From Trichoplax adhaerens (lineage: Eukaryota; Animalia; Placozoa), in NCBI RefSeq assembly GCF_000150275.1, contig NW_002060948.1:3051183-3115182 (forward strand): a stretch of DNA of 64,000 nt, in the 5' to 3' direction. The notes under the pieces are model-generated. The model saw only the letters and a program-made list of their open reading frames with translations, searched no databases and had not been told where the DNA came from. Numbering within the stretch: the stretch's first letter is position 1; each line of letters begins with the position of its first letter. The position numbers were made by a program, and so were the translations under genes. Below, piece by piece: positions 1 to 22,084 of the stretch.

Positions 1-827
1 CTGTAGCAGACATAACTAATTATTTAAGTAAACTGTAGCCTAAAATTCCAATGGAAAAGTATTTTGTTAAGTTAGCACACAACGGAAAATCTGCTAGTCA
101 TGATGTTCAAAGTACAATAATGACAAGAAATGAAATTAGATACCTCTGGCATTAACTCTTACTTTGGATGCCAAATGAATATTGTCCTATTCTAATCTTG
201 ACGTCATTTGGAATAAAGGAACTATTGACTAATGTAGCAAATTGGGGGATAAATTTTTTCACATAATCTGTCAGTTGGACTACTACACTACTTCAAATTT
301 ATAATACCTGTATATGGATAAAATTTTCCACACTTCTATTTGCTTATATCGTTACCGCTAACATTAGCCAACAATATTATCTTTCTCGATCCTATTTTTA
401 TTTGACCTATTCATCATAGTTATCGGAAAGTCCTAAGAGTTTCGCCAATAGAAGAAATTATTATGGCTTTTTCAATAGGCGCAGATAATACTTCTTTCTA
501 GTCAATTTCATTCTTATTTGATTAGAATATCTAGAAATCCAGAGGTTAAACTGAAATTAAGCTATCATAACTTCTAAATCCTTGTTGCTACTTTTCTGAC
601 TACATTTCTAGCACGTAGACATGTTCTGAGTAGAGATTAACCTATTAAAGCCTAATTAATTATACTGTAAGTAGTACAATGACTACTACACCCTAGTTAT
701 CATGTCTACGTGAGTTATATTATTTTATTCTCACATTTTTACTCTATAGACTTGGTAGAAATCTATGATTTATAATATAGATGATAATGTAATTCGACAG
801 GTTAGGTTAAGTAGTCAAGAACATGCT

Positions 828-1345
828 ATGATCATTCTTCCTATCTCATTTCTAACTCTACATTACCAACTGTCTATCTACGAACGGGGGATAGAAAAGA
901 ATTTATAAATTTCATGATCATTCTTCCTATCCCATTTCTACCTTTATATCCGGTTCTGAGTGACTATCTACCAATCATGGAAAGAAAATGAATGTATTCC
1001 TATTCCATTCGTTCATTTTATCTCATTTCTACCTGTATGTACTGACTGTCTACGATTATTGATAGAAGAGGAACGCATAAATCTCGTGATTGTTCTCCTA
1101 TCCCGTTTCCACTTTTATGCACTGACTGGCTATCCATCAATTTTCGATAGAAAGGGAACCCATGAAATCTCGTGATCATGCTTTCAATCCTATTTCTAGC
1201 GAGTATACTAATTGACTATCCACGAATGATGGATGGAAAACAAGTAGCTATGTGTACCAATTGTAATTATTTATTCAATCCCATTTCTCTCCTTGCCATA
1301 CGGCTAGCTATCAACGCCTTTAGATGAGAAATAGAAGAGCATAGT
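828..1345. repeat. Degenerate tandem repeat, ~86-90 bp unit, ~6 copies
   Basis: Unit start RTGATCATTCTTCCTATCYCATTTCTA recurs at 828, 914, ~1004, 1086, 1172 and ~1263, each followed by ACTGTCTATCTACGA/GATAGAAA-like blocks; copies are highly diverged. Confidence 0.75.
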
Positions 1346-2279
1346 TCTTTTGGCAATCAATGTCACTGTAATTTTTCCTTCTATCTTCATATGTTAAATG
1401 ACCATGTAAAAAATAAGGATGAAACTATTTAGTTATCACAGCTCAGCCACTTTTAGATTAATTTACGAGTATTACTGTTGTCGTTTCCAATCACCCTTTT
1501 CATTTTTAGATAGGGAAGAGGGCAATTGTCCAGATACCAATTTCTATTATGCTTCTACTTTCTAAGTTGATCAGAGATCTGTGATCCTTTCATGGGAAAC
1601 TAATCCAATTATGGCTAAAAATAACTTATGACGATAAGATGACTAATTGTAGACTAGAATTCTCCCTGCAATGGATTTATTCTTCCTGGCTCGTTCAAAG
1701 CATCTATTAATTATTAGATAGGGATAATCATAGTCCTCTCTCTGAGGCTAGAGAATGATACCTGCATGATATGGTTACTCTTCTTTCAAGTTTCTCTAAA
1801 ACCGACATATCAAGTATGAAAGTGTAAAATCATACAACTATTACTGCAGAGTCCACCACATATGTGAGCGTCAATTTTATCTTTCATGCTGATATAACCC
1901 TTTTGTACGTAAGTAGATACGCGTATATACAGCTCCAAGATGAAAAATAAGTTTAGCGAATTCTGAGATCAAGTTGAATTTTTCCTACTTCTCAACTTGA
2001 ATCCTATTTTCGATCCTCTCTACATACCGAACTATTCGTTCTCTTTTTCTTCATTCACTTACGATATCAGATTGTCCTTTATAATATGGTAATAAATTAT
2101 TAGTTATGGTATCCCGAAGAAATTAGCAGCGCATTTATTCAACCAATAATGCATTTAAATATATGGTTGCAATCCATTGCTACTACGCTTAGACGAAATT
2201 TATAGAAAGTTATTACAATTCTCTTATTCTATAATGAAGAGCATTATTGAAATCTCCTTATGGTAATAAATATTATGCT

Positions 2280-2870
2280 AGTCAACGGTACCACATGCTA
2301 AATATGAAAGTTCAGTCTAAAAGCAACTAGCTCACGACTTGATACAATTAAAATATTTTGATATCAGCTCCAACAATATTATTAGAATAGGAAGCAGATT
2401 TTACTCTGTTAGTGATACGTAAACTGTACCTATGCTAGATGAAAATAGCAAAGCTTACTTTACAAACTACCAGCTCATGATTTCATGTAATTAAAACTTC
2501 TGGATATCCTATTAGTTCCAATTATGTTGTTAGAATATGAAGCAGATTCTACCGTGCTCGTGATCATTGAAGTCCTAGTTCAAGATATCCTACGCTAGAT
2601 AAATTACAAAGTTTAATCTAAAACTATCAGCTCATAACTTGATACAATCAAAATTGATATGCTAGCAGCTCCGACAAGACGATTAGAATACGAAGTAAAT
2701 TCTACCTTGCTAGGGATCAGTGAAGTGCTCGTTATACATGCCCCATGCTAGATAAAATAGCAAAAGTGTAGCCTAAAAAACCGCCCACCCATGATTGAAC
2801 CTAACTAAGAATTTTTTCGATATCCTTCTTACTCTAACATTATTAGAATATGCAGCAGATTTATTCAGAC
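2280..2870. repeat. Degenerate tandem repeat, ~145-160 bp unit, ~4 copies
   Basis: Blocks CAGCTCAYRAYTTGATACAATYAAAA, TTAGAATAYGAAGCAGATT and ATGCTAGATAAAATAGCAAA recur in the same order from ~2325, ~2468, ~2625 and ~2780. Confidence 0.75.
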
Positions 2871-4030
2871 AAGCTAAAGTTTGGGTTGTTAAAATAGAGT
2901 AAATCTCTAATATGTCGCAAATAATCAACACCGTATTATCGAATTTTAAAGCAACGTTCATTGCGTCCCTCTGTCGGAGAAGAATTCCAATTTCTTCCCC
3001 TTGTAGGTAATCGATTTCTTAGCAGCTAGGAAATATGAGATAAGATGAATGTGTGATAAAACATTTGCTGATCTCAAGAAAATTATGATATCGTCTATAG
3101 CAGTCATCATACGGAATGATTTCTCTTAGCTTTCCTTCAGTATGTTAGCAAACAACCATTCTCATGAGTTATAGATACTGCTTAAATGATGCTGGAGCTC
3201 AACACTCGACAACTAACTTTAATAAGCAGTCTTAACCTTTACTCGTTCAAAGATTGAAATTGTTTTATTTTTATGATTGCTTCCTGTAGTTTACTCTGTA
3301 TCATTACTGCATCTGACTGAAAGACTTGTCCCTCGACCTTTACAATCTTAGTCACCAATCACTGATTGTTCAGCTTAGCAGAAAGGATTTTTTTTTACCC
3401 TTATTTTGAATCGATTATTTTCCATGGTAATTATGGTCAAGCTATGATTCTAATCGTCAACAAGTTGTGATCAACAAACATATTGTGGTGTGATGGAAAA
3501 AACAAATAGAAATTAATAGTTCTAACAGCAGGCGACGACAGAGCAAATAAGCCGAATGAGAGAAATCAAAAGGAATTGACTAACAAAAGCAATCCAAGTT
3601 GGATTCTTCTCACACTTGAGTAACTTTCCACATCAACAATGAACAATTCAATAATAGAATAAAAAAAAGTATCCATGATTACTTTAGTCTAGCGCTCTTT
3701 GTCAAGTAATATCTCTTCTATCATTCTCCAACTCTTATGGTTGGTAATCATATTCAGGTAATTCTTCTATCTCCCACTTGCCATGACAACAAATAATGGA
3801 CAATAGTCCTTTTCAACAGCTTAGCACACAATCGAGCTAAATCGAGGAACAAGTTTTTTTCTGATTTAAATTTATTGTCTTGTCCATCTTGCCCATCAAG
3901 AACAGGTGTAGAACATAGAATAGTTGTTAAGAACATTCAATTCTCTTCTAGAAAATCACTTTACAATATCAAACGTATTTTCAATTTATTACGTAATGTA
4001 CTTTTCCCGCTCGAATCGCATCCACTTTAT

Positions 4031-4452
4031 TGATTCATTGCCCTACAATTCCGAACATTGGTAAGGATAAATCAATGTTAAACCTCTGGATATCATCAAA
4101 CTCTATTCCAAGAAATTTTTGCAATGGATTTTTTATCCTATTTCTTTTTTTTATAAAATTAATCAATCGATTCATTGCCTTACGGTTCTAAACATTGGTA
4201 AGGATAAATCAATATTGAGCCTTTTTGGATATCATCAAACTCTATTCCAAGAATTTTTTCCAATTTGTTTTTTTTATCCTATTTCTTTTTTCTATAAAAT
4301 TAATCGATCGATTCATTGACTTGCAGCTCTAAACATTCATAAGGATAAATCAAAGTTGAATTTTTTGATATCATCAAGCTCTATTCCAAGAATTTTTTGC
4401 AATATATTTTTATCATGTTTCTTTCCCATAAAATTAATCAATTTATTGATTC
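4031..4452. repeat. Tandem repeat, ~140 bp unit, 3 copies
   Basis: GATTCATTG...AACATTGGTAAGGATAAATCAA...GATATCATCAAACTCTATTCCAAGAATTTTT...TAAAATTAATCRAT repeated at ~4032, ~4170 and ~4310. Confidence 0.9.
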
Positions 4453-6622
4453 AAGAGGAAATGGATAAAACATCGATAATTCAAAATCGATGGTTCAAAA
4501 TTGTAAGTCCATGTCCAATTCCCTGACAACATTAACATCTACCTTTTTCCTTATCTCCTAAAATCAGTCTATTCATTCCAGGAATATTGTATTAAAAATA
4601 ATTGTCAATTATGATCAAAATTTTAAATTGGATGCTAACCATCACTAGTCCAAGACGATGTTATGAAAATAGAATTAGGACATCTTTATAGCTTAAGATG
4701 ATCAAAATAAACTATTTTTAAACCCTAATTACATCCTAAATAGTGGCTACAGTCAATTAAAAGTTCTAGTCATGGAATGAATGGTATGCTAGTGAATTAA
4801 TTTCCGTCTCTTGACTTTATTAAAATTAATCTTAATAAATACCATCCACTTAATTTAATCTCTTTCATTTTTGTCGCCGTCTATCAATTATCCCCTAGCA
4901 ATACTTGCCTATGGTATCCAACATTTATTTTCAAACTAGATCCGCTGTCTTCTCTATTCGATTGTTTCTCTCGCTCTCGCTCTCGCTTTAGTCGATATTT
5001 TAGTTATCGTCAATGACGTCTATCCAAATGGCTACTACCGATCGTCGAAACAACATTCTAAGTATTAATTATTATCTTTCTTATCGTCCATTTTTCTACT
5101 AAGTTCCCATCTTCACTTTATTCTAAATTCTTTTTTATACGAATAAAACCCATATTGCTCTTGATTAACATCATAATATTGAGAAAGAAATTGCCGCCTT
5201 GTCCTTTATTCTAATCATTTTCCACCAAATTCAATACATTGAACTGTTAATTAAAAGCAAACAATTGCAATAGTATTAAGACATAACTCCAATAACGCTA
5301 CATATTCATAAATAAATAGATCCGGAGAAAATTATCTTGTCTATCCAGTCAATAGAAATGATCGGATATTCAATCATTAATTATTAATGGCGATGCAATC
5401 TTTTCCTTGCCTTGCTTGTATCCCATGATTTAGCTTGTAATAAGCCTTTGACTTTCCGTCACCAAGAAATAACAATCACTCCTATCTAAATTATAAATCA
5501 CAATATTGTATAACAATTAATGACGATAACTAATCAATCTTTTGATAGAATAATTATTATTAGGTAAAGAATCTGTTAGCATTGATTCTATAGTTGATGT
5601 CATCGATCTTTCCATTGGACATTGAATTGATTTTTTCTATTCTATATTGCATTTTTATTAGGCTCTTGCGGTTAACGCTTTTGTCATATTCAATTGGCAA
5701 TTTTCTTCGCCAATCAACTATTAAACTAAATGAAACATATTGGATCATTTCAAATGATGATCGCATTAAATCCCACAATTTTACATCATTAACGCTATCG
5801 CTATCCATTTGGAACGTACTAAGAGCTTTACCGTAATTAATTTTTTCACTAATTGAATCCATTCAAAGTAAGCAATTTAAATTTTAGCATTTTCAACCTA
5901 ATCCAACTCGTTTTATCTTGCAATTTTTCAACCAACTATCGTGGATATTTGCGAGCCTTTGAAAACTCCAATTACAAGCTTGAATAGTGAGAACAGCGTT
6001 AAAATTATCGTGCTATTTGGAAAAAATTAAACTATCAAGACTTATATTTATATGTTTAGCCAGTTCTTAAAAAATTTTTAATATTTCAAGTTTCATCCAA
6101 CCATTTTCTTGAACACTCCGTTAAAAAAAATTTATACCATCATTTTGCCAGCCGTTTGAAGCCGAATACCATAAAAAGATTCATAAATTTAAACATCCAT
6201 ATTTAAGATAAGCGTAAATTGGAGATAGTAAACAGGAAATTTTGATTTCACTTTTCAACTTTTTTTAACCAATTTAAAGCATTTTAAAACAATCAAATTC
6301 AAAATATTTACTATCCTTCACGCTCCTGGTGAGAGTACTAACAGTTATACCTCCATCCACGGCAATCTTTCCGCCTTCAAGGATACAAAGCAGGCCACCA
6401 AAATTAAATAGATCAAAAATTGCTTTAATTTTCTATCACCGAAAATTAAAGCAAACAAAGTCATACAATTTTACTTCGGTATTTTTCCCTCAACTAAACT
6501 GCTTATCAAGGCTAAACTAGCATCAATTTTATTAAAATTCTGTACAAATCTCATCTCCTTTGCTTTAAGCTAAAATTTAATCGGTACTCCTTCAAAAAGA
6601 ATAATTGATAGGAAAGAGCAAC

Positions 6623-7645
6623 ATGGATAATAACAATAGCAATACGACTGTACCCAAAATGGATCTGGTTTATCTTATTTTACAAGCCACTATATTATCC
6701 ATTATTACCCTATTTATGATTGTAGGCAATTTTATCGTTATTGTAGTTGTTAATCGTTCAGAACAGCTACAAAATGCTACCGGTATCTTTATGGCCAACT
6801 TAGCCGTTACCGATTTAACTTTAGGTGTTATTTTAATGCCCATTACCATTGCTAGCTCCATCTTAGGCCGTTGGATATTTAGTGATATAATGTGTAAATT
6901 TTGCGGTTTTTTAAATGTTATGTTATGCAGCACATCAGCATTAACTGTCATGTTATTGAGTATCGACCGTTTTATTGCTATTTCACGTCCAATGCAATAT
7001 ATTAAAATTATGTCCAAAAAGCGAGCCTTAGTGTTATCCACTTACATGTGGATCCATTCAGCTATCGTCTCGACATTTCCATTACTAGGTTGGGCTAAAT
7101 ATGAATATGTTGAAGCCGAAGCAGTTTGTTTTGCTATCGAAAGTGTATCCTATTTTAATTTTCTATGCGCATCGACAGTATTTTTGGCTATCTTTTTAAT
7201 TATCATTACCCATATCTACATCTTAAAAGTGGCTATCAAGCAATCACAGCAAATTGTAACCTTAACACCTGGTTTTGAAGATGTCACAAGAGAAACGATG
7301 CGCCAAATGAATCGTAAAACAGCCAAGACTGTCTTAATTATTGTTGGTGTCTATTTAGCCTGTTGGATACCTTATATTTCATTAACTTATGTCCAAATTT
7401 ACGCTAACTATGTTCCACCACCAATTGCTATTACAATCACATCAGGTCTAATTTTTGTCAATTCAGCATCCAATCCAATTATTTATGGTACATTCCATCG
7501 ACGTTTTCGTAATGCTTTCATTCGGTCATTTATGCCAATTTTGACCAAATGTAGCATAGTTGATGAATACGCTCATAATCGCGAGCAAGCAAGTTATCTT
7601 CATACTTCCAATACTGTACGGAAACTTAATAATTCCAATCATTAA
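6623..7645 (+). CDS. Intronless class A (rhodopsin-like) GPCR, GPR161-like orphan receptor, 340 aa
   Basis: Single ORF; first ATG at 6623 (the ORF track starts at an upstream TTG). Seven hydrophobic segments with GN (TM1), NLAVTD (TM2), C3.25, DRF (TM3), W4.50, CWIP (TM6), NPIIY (TM7), and N-glycosylation sequons in the N-terminus. SSILGRWIFSDIMCKF and YMWIHSAIVSTFPLLGW resemble recalled GPR161 segments. The GPCR call is secure; the subfamily is tentative. Confidence 0.93.
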   Translation: MDNNNSNTTVPKMDLVYLILQATILSIITLFMIVGNFIVIVVVNRSEQLQNATGIFMANLAVTDLTLGVILMPITIASSILGRWIFSDIMCKFCGFLNVMLCSTSALTVMLLSIDRFIAISRPMQYIKIMSKKRALVLSTYMWIHSAIVSTFPLLGWAKYEYVEAEAVCFAIESVSYFNFLCASTVFLAIFLIIITHIYILKVAIKQSQQIVTLTPGFEDVTRETMRQMNRKTAKTVLIIVGVYLACWIPYISLTYVQIYANYVPPPIAITITSGLIFVNSASNPIIYGTFHRRFRNAFIRSFMPILTKCSIVDEYAHNREQASYLHTSNTVRKLNNSNH

Positions 7646-10600
7646 CATATGTAGAATTATAGTTAACTACTCTCGCGATGAATTTCATCTATTTCAAGTA
7701 GATGCCGTGATTCAATATTTTCCATGTTTGGCATAAGTTTACGAGTTAAAGATGTTGAAAAATAATAATAATCGACGGTTATCTTCAATTTTACTCGCAA
7801 CGCTTTAAAAGTTCTTCCCTCTTACTCTTTATTTCATATTTTTATTTTTTATAATTTATTCAACTTCTATGACCATGGTAGGACATCGGAGAAATTCATA
7901 TGGATATAATCCACATTTAGGCTAATTTTTATCTTAACCTTAACGGACTGCTAGGAGTTCCACCCTTCTAACCCGATTTTTATGAATTCTATTGACTCTA
8001 ACTTGTATAGGTAAGGGATTATAGAAAGCTTTCAAGATCGAGGCTCTTTGTAGACATGCTATACCTATTCATACCCTTGTTAAAATTAAGCTTTAACTGT
8101 CGTTGAAGCGGTATAGCTACACATTTCTATACTCAAAAAACTCTATCCAATTAATATGGATGAGCAAAAATTATTGGCTATCTTGTCTATGATATCATTT
8201 TACTAACGTCGTTATTGGAATGAGCAAATAAGAGCACCGCGTTAAATATTCAACCGAACGAATTGGTAACTTCTGTACGCTATGGCTTGCTACTGCTACT
8301 CCAATTGATAAGACTTTTGCCATAATTTAGGTCATAAAAGATTAAAATTTACTATGTGTGGAATGAATAAAAATTTGGTCGCCCAGGTGCTATTATTAAA
8401 TAATTGTCAGGCCTTAAATAAAATTTGCAACTAGTGCTTCAATCGCTAATACAATTACTACTATTTCGATCAAAAAGGATTCAGCTTTATTTCGTGCGAA
8501 AAAAATTAAAAAATATGTTCGTTAGGTTGTATTATTAAATTACTAACCAGACTTATTATAATTGGAAATATTAATCACGCAAGTAAGCGATGTAGGAATG
8601 TCATTGTATACGTACAATATGATATTATTTCTCCTTCTCACTTTTATGTGTGTGTCTTTGCTCATCAATAAACGAGTAAATACAAAAATCTTGACACAGA
8701 GCGGATTGATAGGGTGAATAAAATCCGAAAAGTAGCTATCGCAACATATAAATCTATATCTCATTACTTTTCAGTCCACTAGGATCATTATTTATGGCAT
8801 TCCTTTTTTCCTTTTTTCCGCTACTTCATACGGTACTCAATACTTAATGGAAGTGATGATTAATAAGCTTTGTGTTAAAAATTGAAGCAGAAAGACATAA
8901 ATATTTTTTTATTTGTAAACTTATAGATTAAGCAACACAACTAATAAATATGTAAATGCTTTGTATCGCATATTGTTAACAACCATCTAAAATGACCCAG
9001 TTCAATATAATTTTAATTTAGCTGAACTCTCAGTATATGGGTCTTAAATATCCTTTCTTTCTTTCAGGCACTATTTTAATTATAAAAGTGTATGAGATTG
9101 CAACCACTTTAAATATTGCTCGTTTTAATCGACTAATATTGAATCACCGACTGATAAAATTCAAGATGATAAATGTACGCGTCAATTAGCTATTTAAATA
9201 ATTTTGCTTCGTAAAAGTATAATATTAGATAATTTTCTTTTTCCTATTGTTAAATATTAATTTACAACTATAGCACGATAAACTATTAATATTGGCTAAA
9301 TTATAAGTTCATTCAGCTATTATTGCAAATATATTATATTCATTCACATCAAATCCTGTCTAAAAAATTTTTAATTTGTTATTTTAATTAATCATGGTTC
9401 TATATGTATATAAATTGCAGTTCGAACATTCAAGTCTACATAGTTTATCGAAATTATCTAAAGATATATGCTAGAAAAACTCCATTGCGTTTATATACCT
9501 TCATGTTATTATTGCCTAAAATATCTTTTATATTCTATATGACAATGGTGTTTTATCCGATCATATAGGAATATATATTTAGAAGGAAAAAATTTAAATG
9601 ACAACCTTAATGAAAATATCTCAAATGGTGTTGATATGTTTTTACTAATATAATGTATAAACAATTTATTTCATTTCTCTTTATCTTATGTAATTATAGT
9701 CAGTATTTATGGTTAGCAAACACCACGATTTAGTTGAAATCTTATTTTGATTGACGGCTTTTTCCATCTCAATAAAAAAAATTTAAATTAATTCAAGATT
9801 AATCCAATCGAACTTTGCTGCAGTTCTAGGCAGAGCTTTCGATGTACGTATTGAGAAATGACGCACCCGGGGTATCCTCCATCTAAAATATCTTCCAAAT
9901 CCTTTTCATTTAAAGTATATAGTATTGACTGTCACGGCATGTTCTACTCAAAACCATCATCTTTTTTTCGCAATAATGAGCATCACAATAGTCGTAATGT
10001 TTATAGTCCTGACCACCTTATTTAATTAGAAAAATTGATTATATCCTCAAAAACGTCTTTGACGTCCGTTAGGAGATCATAGACTGTCAATATCCAACTC
10101 TATAGTTTAACGCAACTAGCAGCAGTCGATCAAATGCCATTTCACGTTTATAATTTCGAATTTTAAACAACTTAGATTATATTAAGAGTTCTTAATACAC
10201 TCTACAGCTACAAATTGCTTATTTTACATCTTACTATAATCAAGGTATACTTCATTTTCTTGCATTTGAATTGTAAAACAAATATTATTTACATTGGACA
10301 GAAAGGCCTTAATTTTATTTTCTCTCGATTGCTTATCATGGCATTTATGTCTAACTTCTAAATTGCCATGTTCCTCTTTATTAGTTGTAATGACCGAGTG
10401 ATAGTCTTTTACTATTACTATATAACTTCAAATTCAAACGATGATACTGCGCATATTTCTAATTACTATGGTTACTTCTACTGTATAGGTGATAAAAATA
10501 AAAGAATTTATCATGTTTTCAATTACTCCGGCTTATAGCAATCAATATCTAAGAAATCGCGATCAACAATTCAATTGAGAATTTAGTTATTAAATTCTAC

Positions 10601-12158
10601 AAGCAATTTTTAAACTAATTGAATTCATTCTTTTTATCCAATTGCGTTGATCAAGCTAAAAGCAATGTCACATTGATGTTCCTCATTAAAATTTAAATGT
10701 ACAAATTTTTATGAAGTAGTAGATACAAATCGATCCATGAACGCTGACTAACTTTAACATCAGATAGATAAGTAATCAAGGACTTTGATAGAACGTTTTT
10801 ATTCACATCTTCAATCGCACCTTCAATAATTAGGTATAGTAGTCAGAATTAATACAACAGATGACGTCATTAGATTGAAATATTAACAACAACTTCAAAT
10901 GGCCACACTGAATTAACTACCGCACTTTATTCATCTACTTCAATCAAGCATGTCAATCTACGTAAAAAATAATTACTTAATCATTAATTCCAGATTCCGC
11001 TTAAATGAAAGAGTAAATACAGTGATGGCTTTCTATTGGCTTTATTACTGCATAAGGGTAGATGCAATTGAAAATGACTCGAACTATTTTTAAAATATTA
11101 ATCATAAATCTATTTTTACTTAGCAATACATATCAACCGATTGTCATCTAATAAGTTTAAACGCCTACAAATCGATGCTATAAAAGCAACATCATAATTG
11201 ATTATTATCTATTTTTAAAGATGTTTTTATGAATATATATCGTCAAAATGTATAGAATTTTACCTTATAATAATAAATAATGAAGAAGTGCAATGCTATC
11301 TTATGGGAAATATTTCTATATCCTATACAACACTTGCATTCAACCGCTGTACACACATAACTGGAATCAAGTCCACTTTTATTGCATACTGCTCATCACA
11401 AATTATTATAAGCACGGTAATAAATTGACTCCAGCCCACAAAATATCCGCGTTGTTTAAGCAGCGTAATTAGATAAATATAAGTACACCAGTCATTACAT
11501 AATAGAATATTAAAAATGTACAATGGATATAAGTCAGTTTCCAAGTCCGAGCCTCAAACAGACTAGTCAAAATACAATATCACATTTATAGCATAACCAT
11601 TTAATATTTAAGTCATCTAGGAAAGTTTCTACTTCTGTTCTCAATCATTCATTAGGAATTAAAATGATTAAAGTACAGTTTGCATGTGTACGAAAAAGTA
11701 TGCATGAAATCAGAAAAACAATGCATATCAATGCTTTGCTAATTAAAATAGACAGTCTTGATTTACCGTCATAAAAATAAGGTATTAAACGAATGATTAT
11801 ATTTAAATTACTCAATAATATAGACAAAATTCACACATTCATTAAGAGATATAAAAATATAGCCTATATTCTCAAAATGAGAAATTGTACCAAGACAACG
11901 GTAAATATGAATACAATTTTTAAAGTTATCTAGCTCAAATGTTCGCTTCAACTACATTAAGTTATGGTATCGAGATAACTGGAGCACCATTATCAAACAT
12001 ACCTCATATGAATCTGGAATCCATGTTTATAAATAAATAATAGTGAATGGATAAGCAATAGTTTTATCGTTATAACCTAAGTACTATAGCAACTAGATTT
12101 AACACTCGAAGCCGCTTGCGCAAGTCTAACAAATTCCTCTTAATTACAGTTCTGGTAA

Positions 12159-20944
<8,786 letters not shown>

Positions 20945-21161
20945 AATTGTACTTGGATTGGAGTTTAGTTGAAATTAGACGAAAGCAATACTATCATTCC
21001 GACCTTAGAAACGAATCAATTGGAAAATTAATTGCAACCCTACGAGTTTTGCGGCAATATCTCCACCGTACTTGTCTACTCATCTACAGTATTTGTCCTA
21101 CGGTCGAAAGTTAGACTATTATACTGTAGATCAAGAATTAACAGCCAACATTTGCTCTTTA

Positions 21162-21360
21162 ATGTACAGTATGATTTGTTTTGTCTTGCTTGGGCATCTT
21201 TCTCGACCTGTTGTACTGTACAGTATGTTCCGAAACGACACAGTACTGTACACTGTAGGATAAATGATTTACTGTACTGTACTGTATACAGTGTATAGTA
21301 CAGTAAGTACAGTGTACAGTGCACACTATCCGAGTTGTACTGTACTGTACGTACTGTAGA
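21162..21360. repeat. (GTACW)n low-complexity island upstream of ACAP
   Basis: Dense mosaic of TACTG/TACAG pentamers (e.g. TACTGTACTGTACTGTATACAGTGTATAGTACAG) about 220-420 bp upstream of the ACAP ATG. Confidence 0.85.
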
Positions 21361-22084
21361 TTGTGCTGCTAAAAAATCTAGGTTTTAAAATAAAATAAAT
21401 AAAATATATAAATTCCCCAACAGCTTTATCGTTTAGGTTAGTGGCAATCTCCTGATAGAATTTGTTACGGAATTCTATGGACTAAAAGTCAACTATCGCC
21501 GTTTCAAATGCTGATACAACACCATTTTAAAAAATGACAAAAGATGGCGTTGGATCAGTAATTTCAAGCGGCTATAGCCCACAGTTAGTAAATAGGATTC
21601 CTCATCAATTTATATCTGAAGGCCGTTATGTTCTCTATCGCGACACTAGGTCAATAACGCAATACTCGGTTAGACACTGCAAAGTAGCCGAAGCTTAGAG
21701 TCCACTTCTTTATTCTGGGTTGCCTTTCCCACAAGTGATATATCCTGTACAGTATAACATATATATATATATATTACATACGTATTGGTAAATTACTAGT
21801 GAACGTGTCAATACATTTACGGTATTAGTATCATACGGTTATCTCATCAGTTAGGCAGCTATGCAATTTATTTGCCCTAATTCCTAGACATTACCAGTCT
21901 ATCATACATAACAAAGGCTGCCAGTGATGTGCTCCAAGCCGTAAAGCAGTTGGGAAATGACTAACTTTAAAATTGATTTTTTAATACAGTCTACTGGATA
22001 ATGTACACTTCTGGTCTGTTTTTTCATCTATTAAATAGCGCACAGTAGAATATAGTCATGAACGAGTATTGATATTGCTTATAC

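Noticed and set aside
5560-5862. Overlapping 100-aa and 80-aa ORFs upstream of the GPCR
   Set aside because: No recognisable domain, composition as background and no supporting splice structure.
6670-7041. Antisense ORFs over real exons (also 26691-26954, 42652-42843, 45070-45291, 62982-63203)
   Set aside because: Shadow ORFs of genuine coding sequence.
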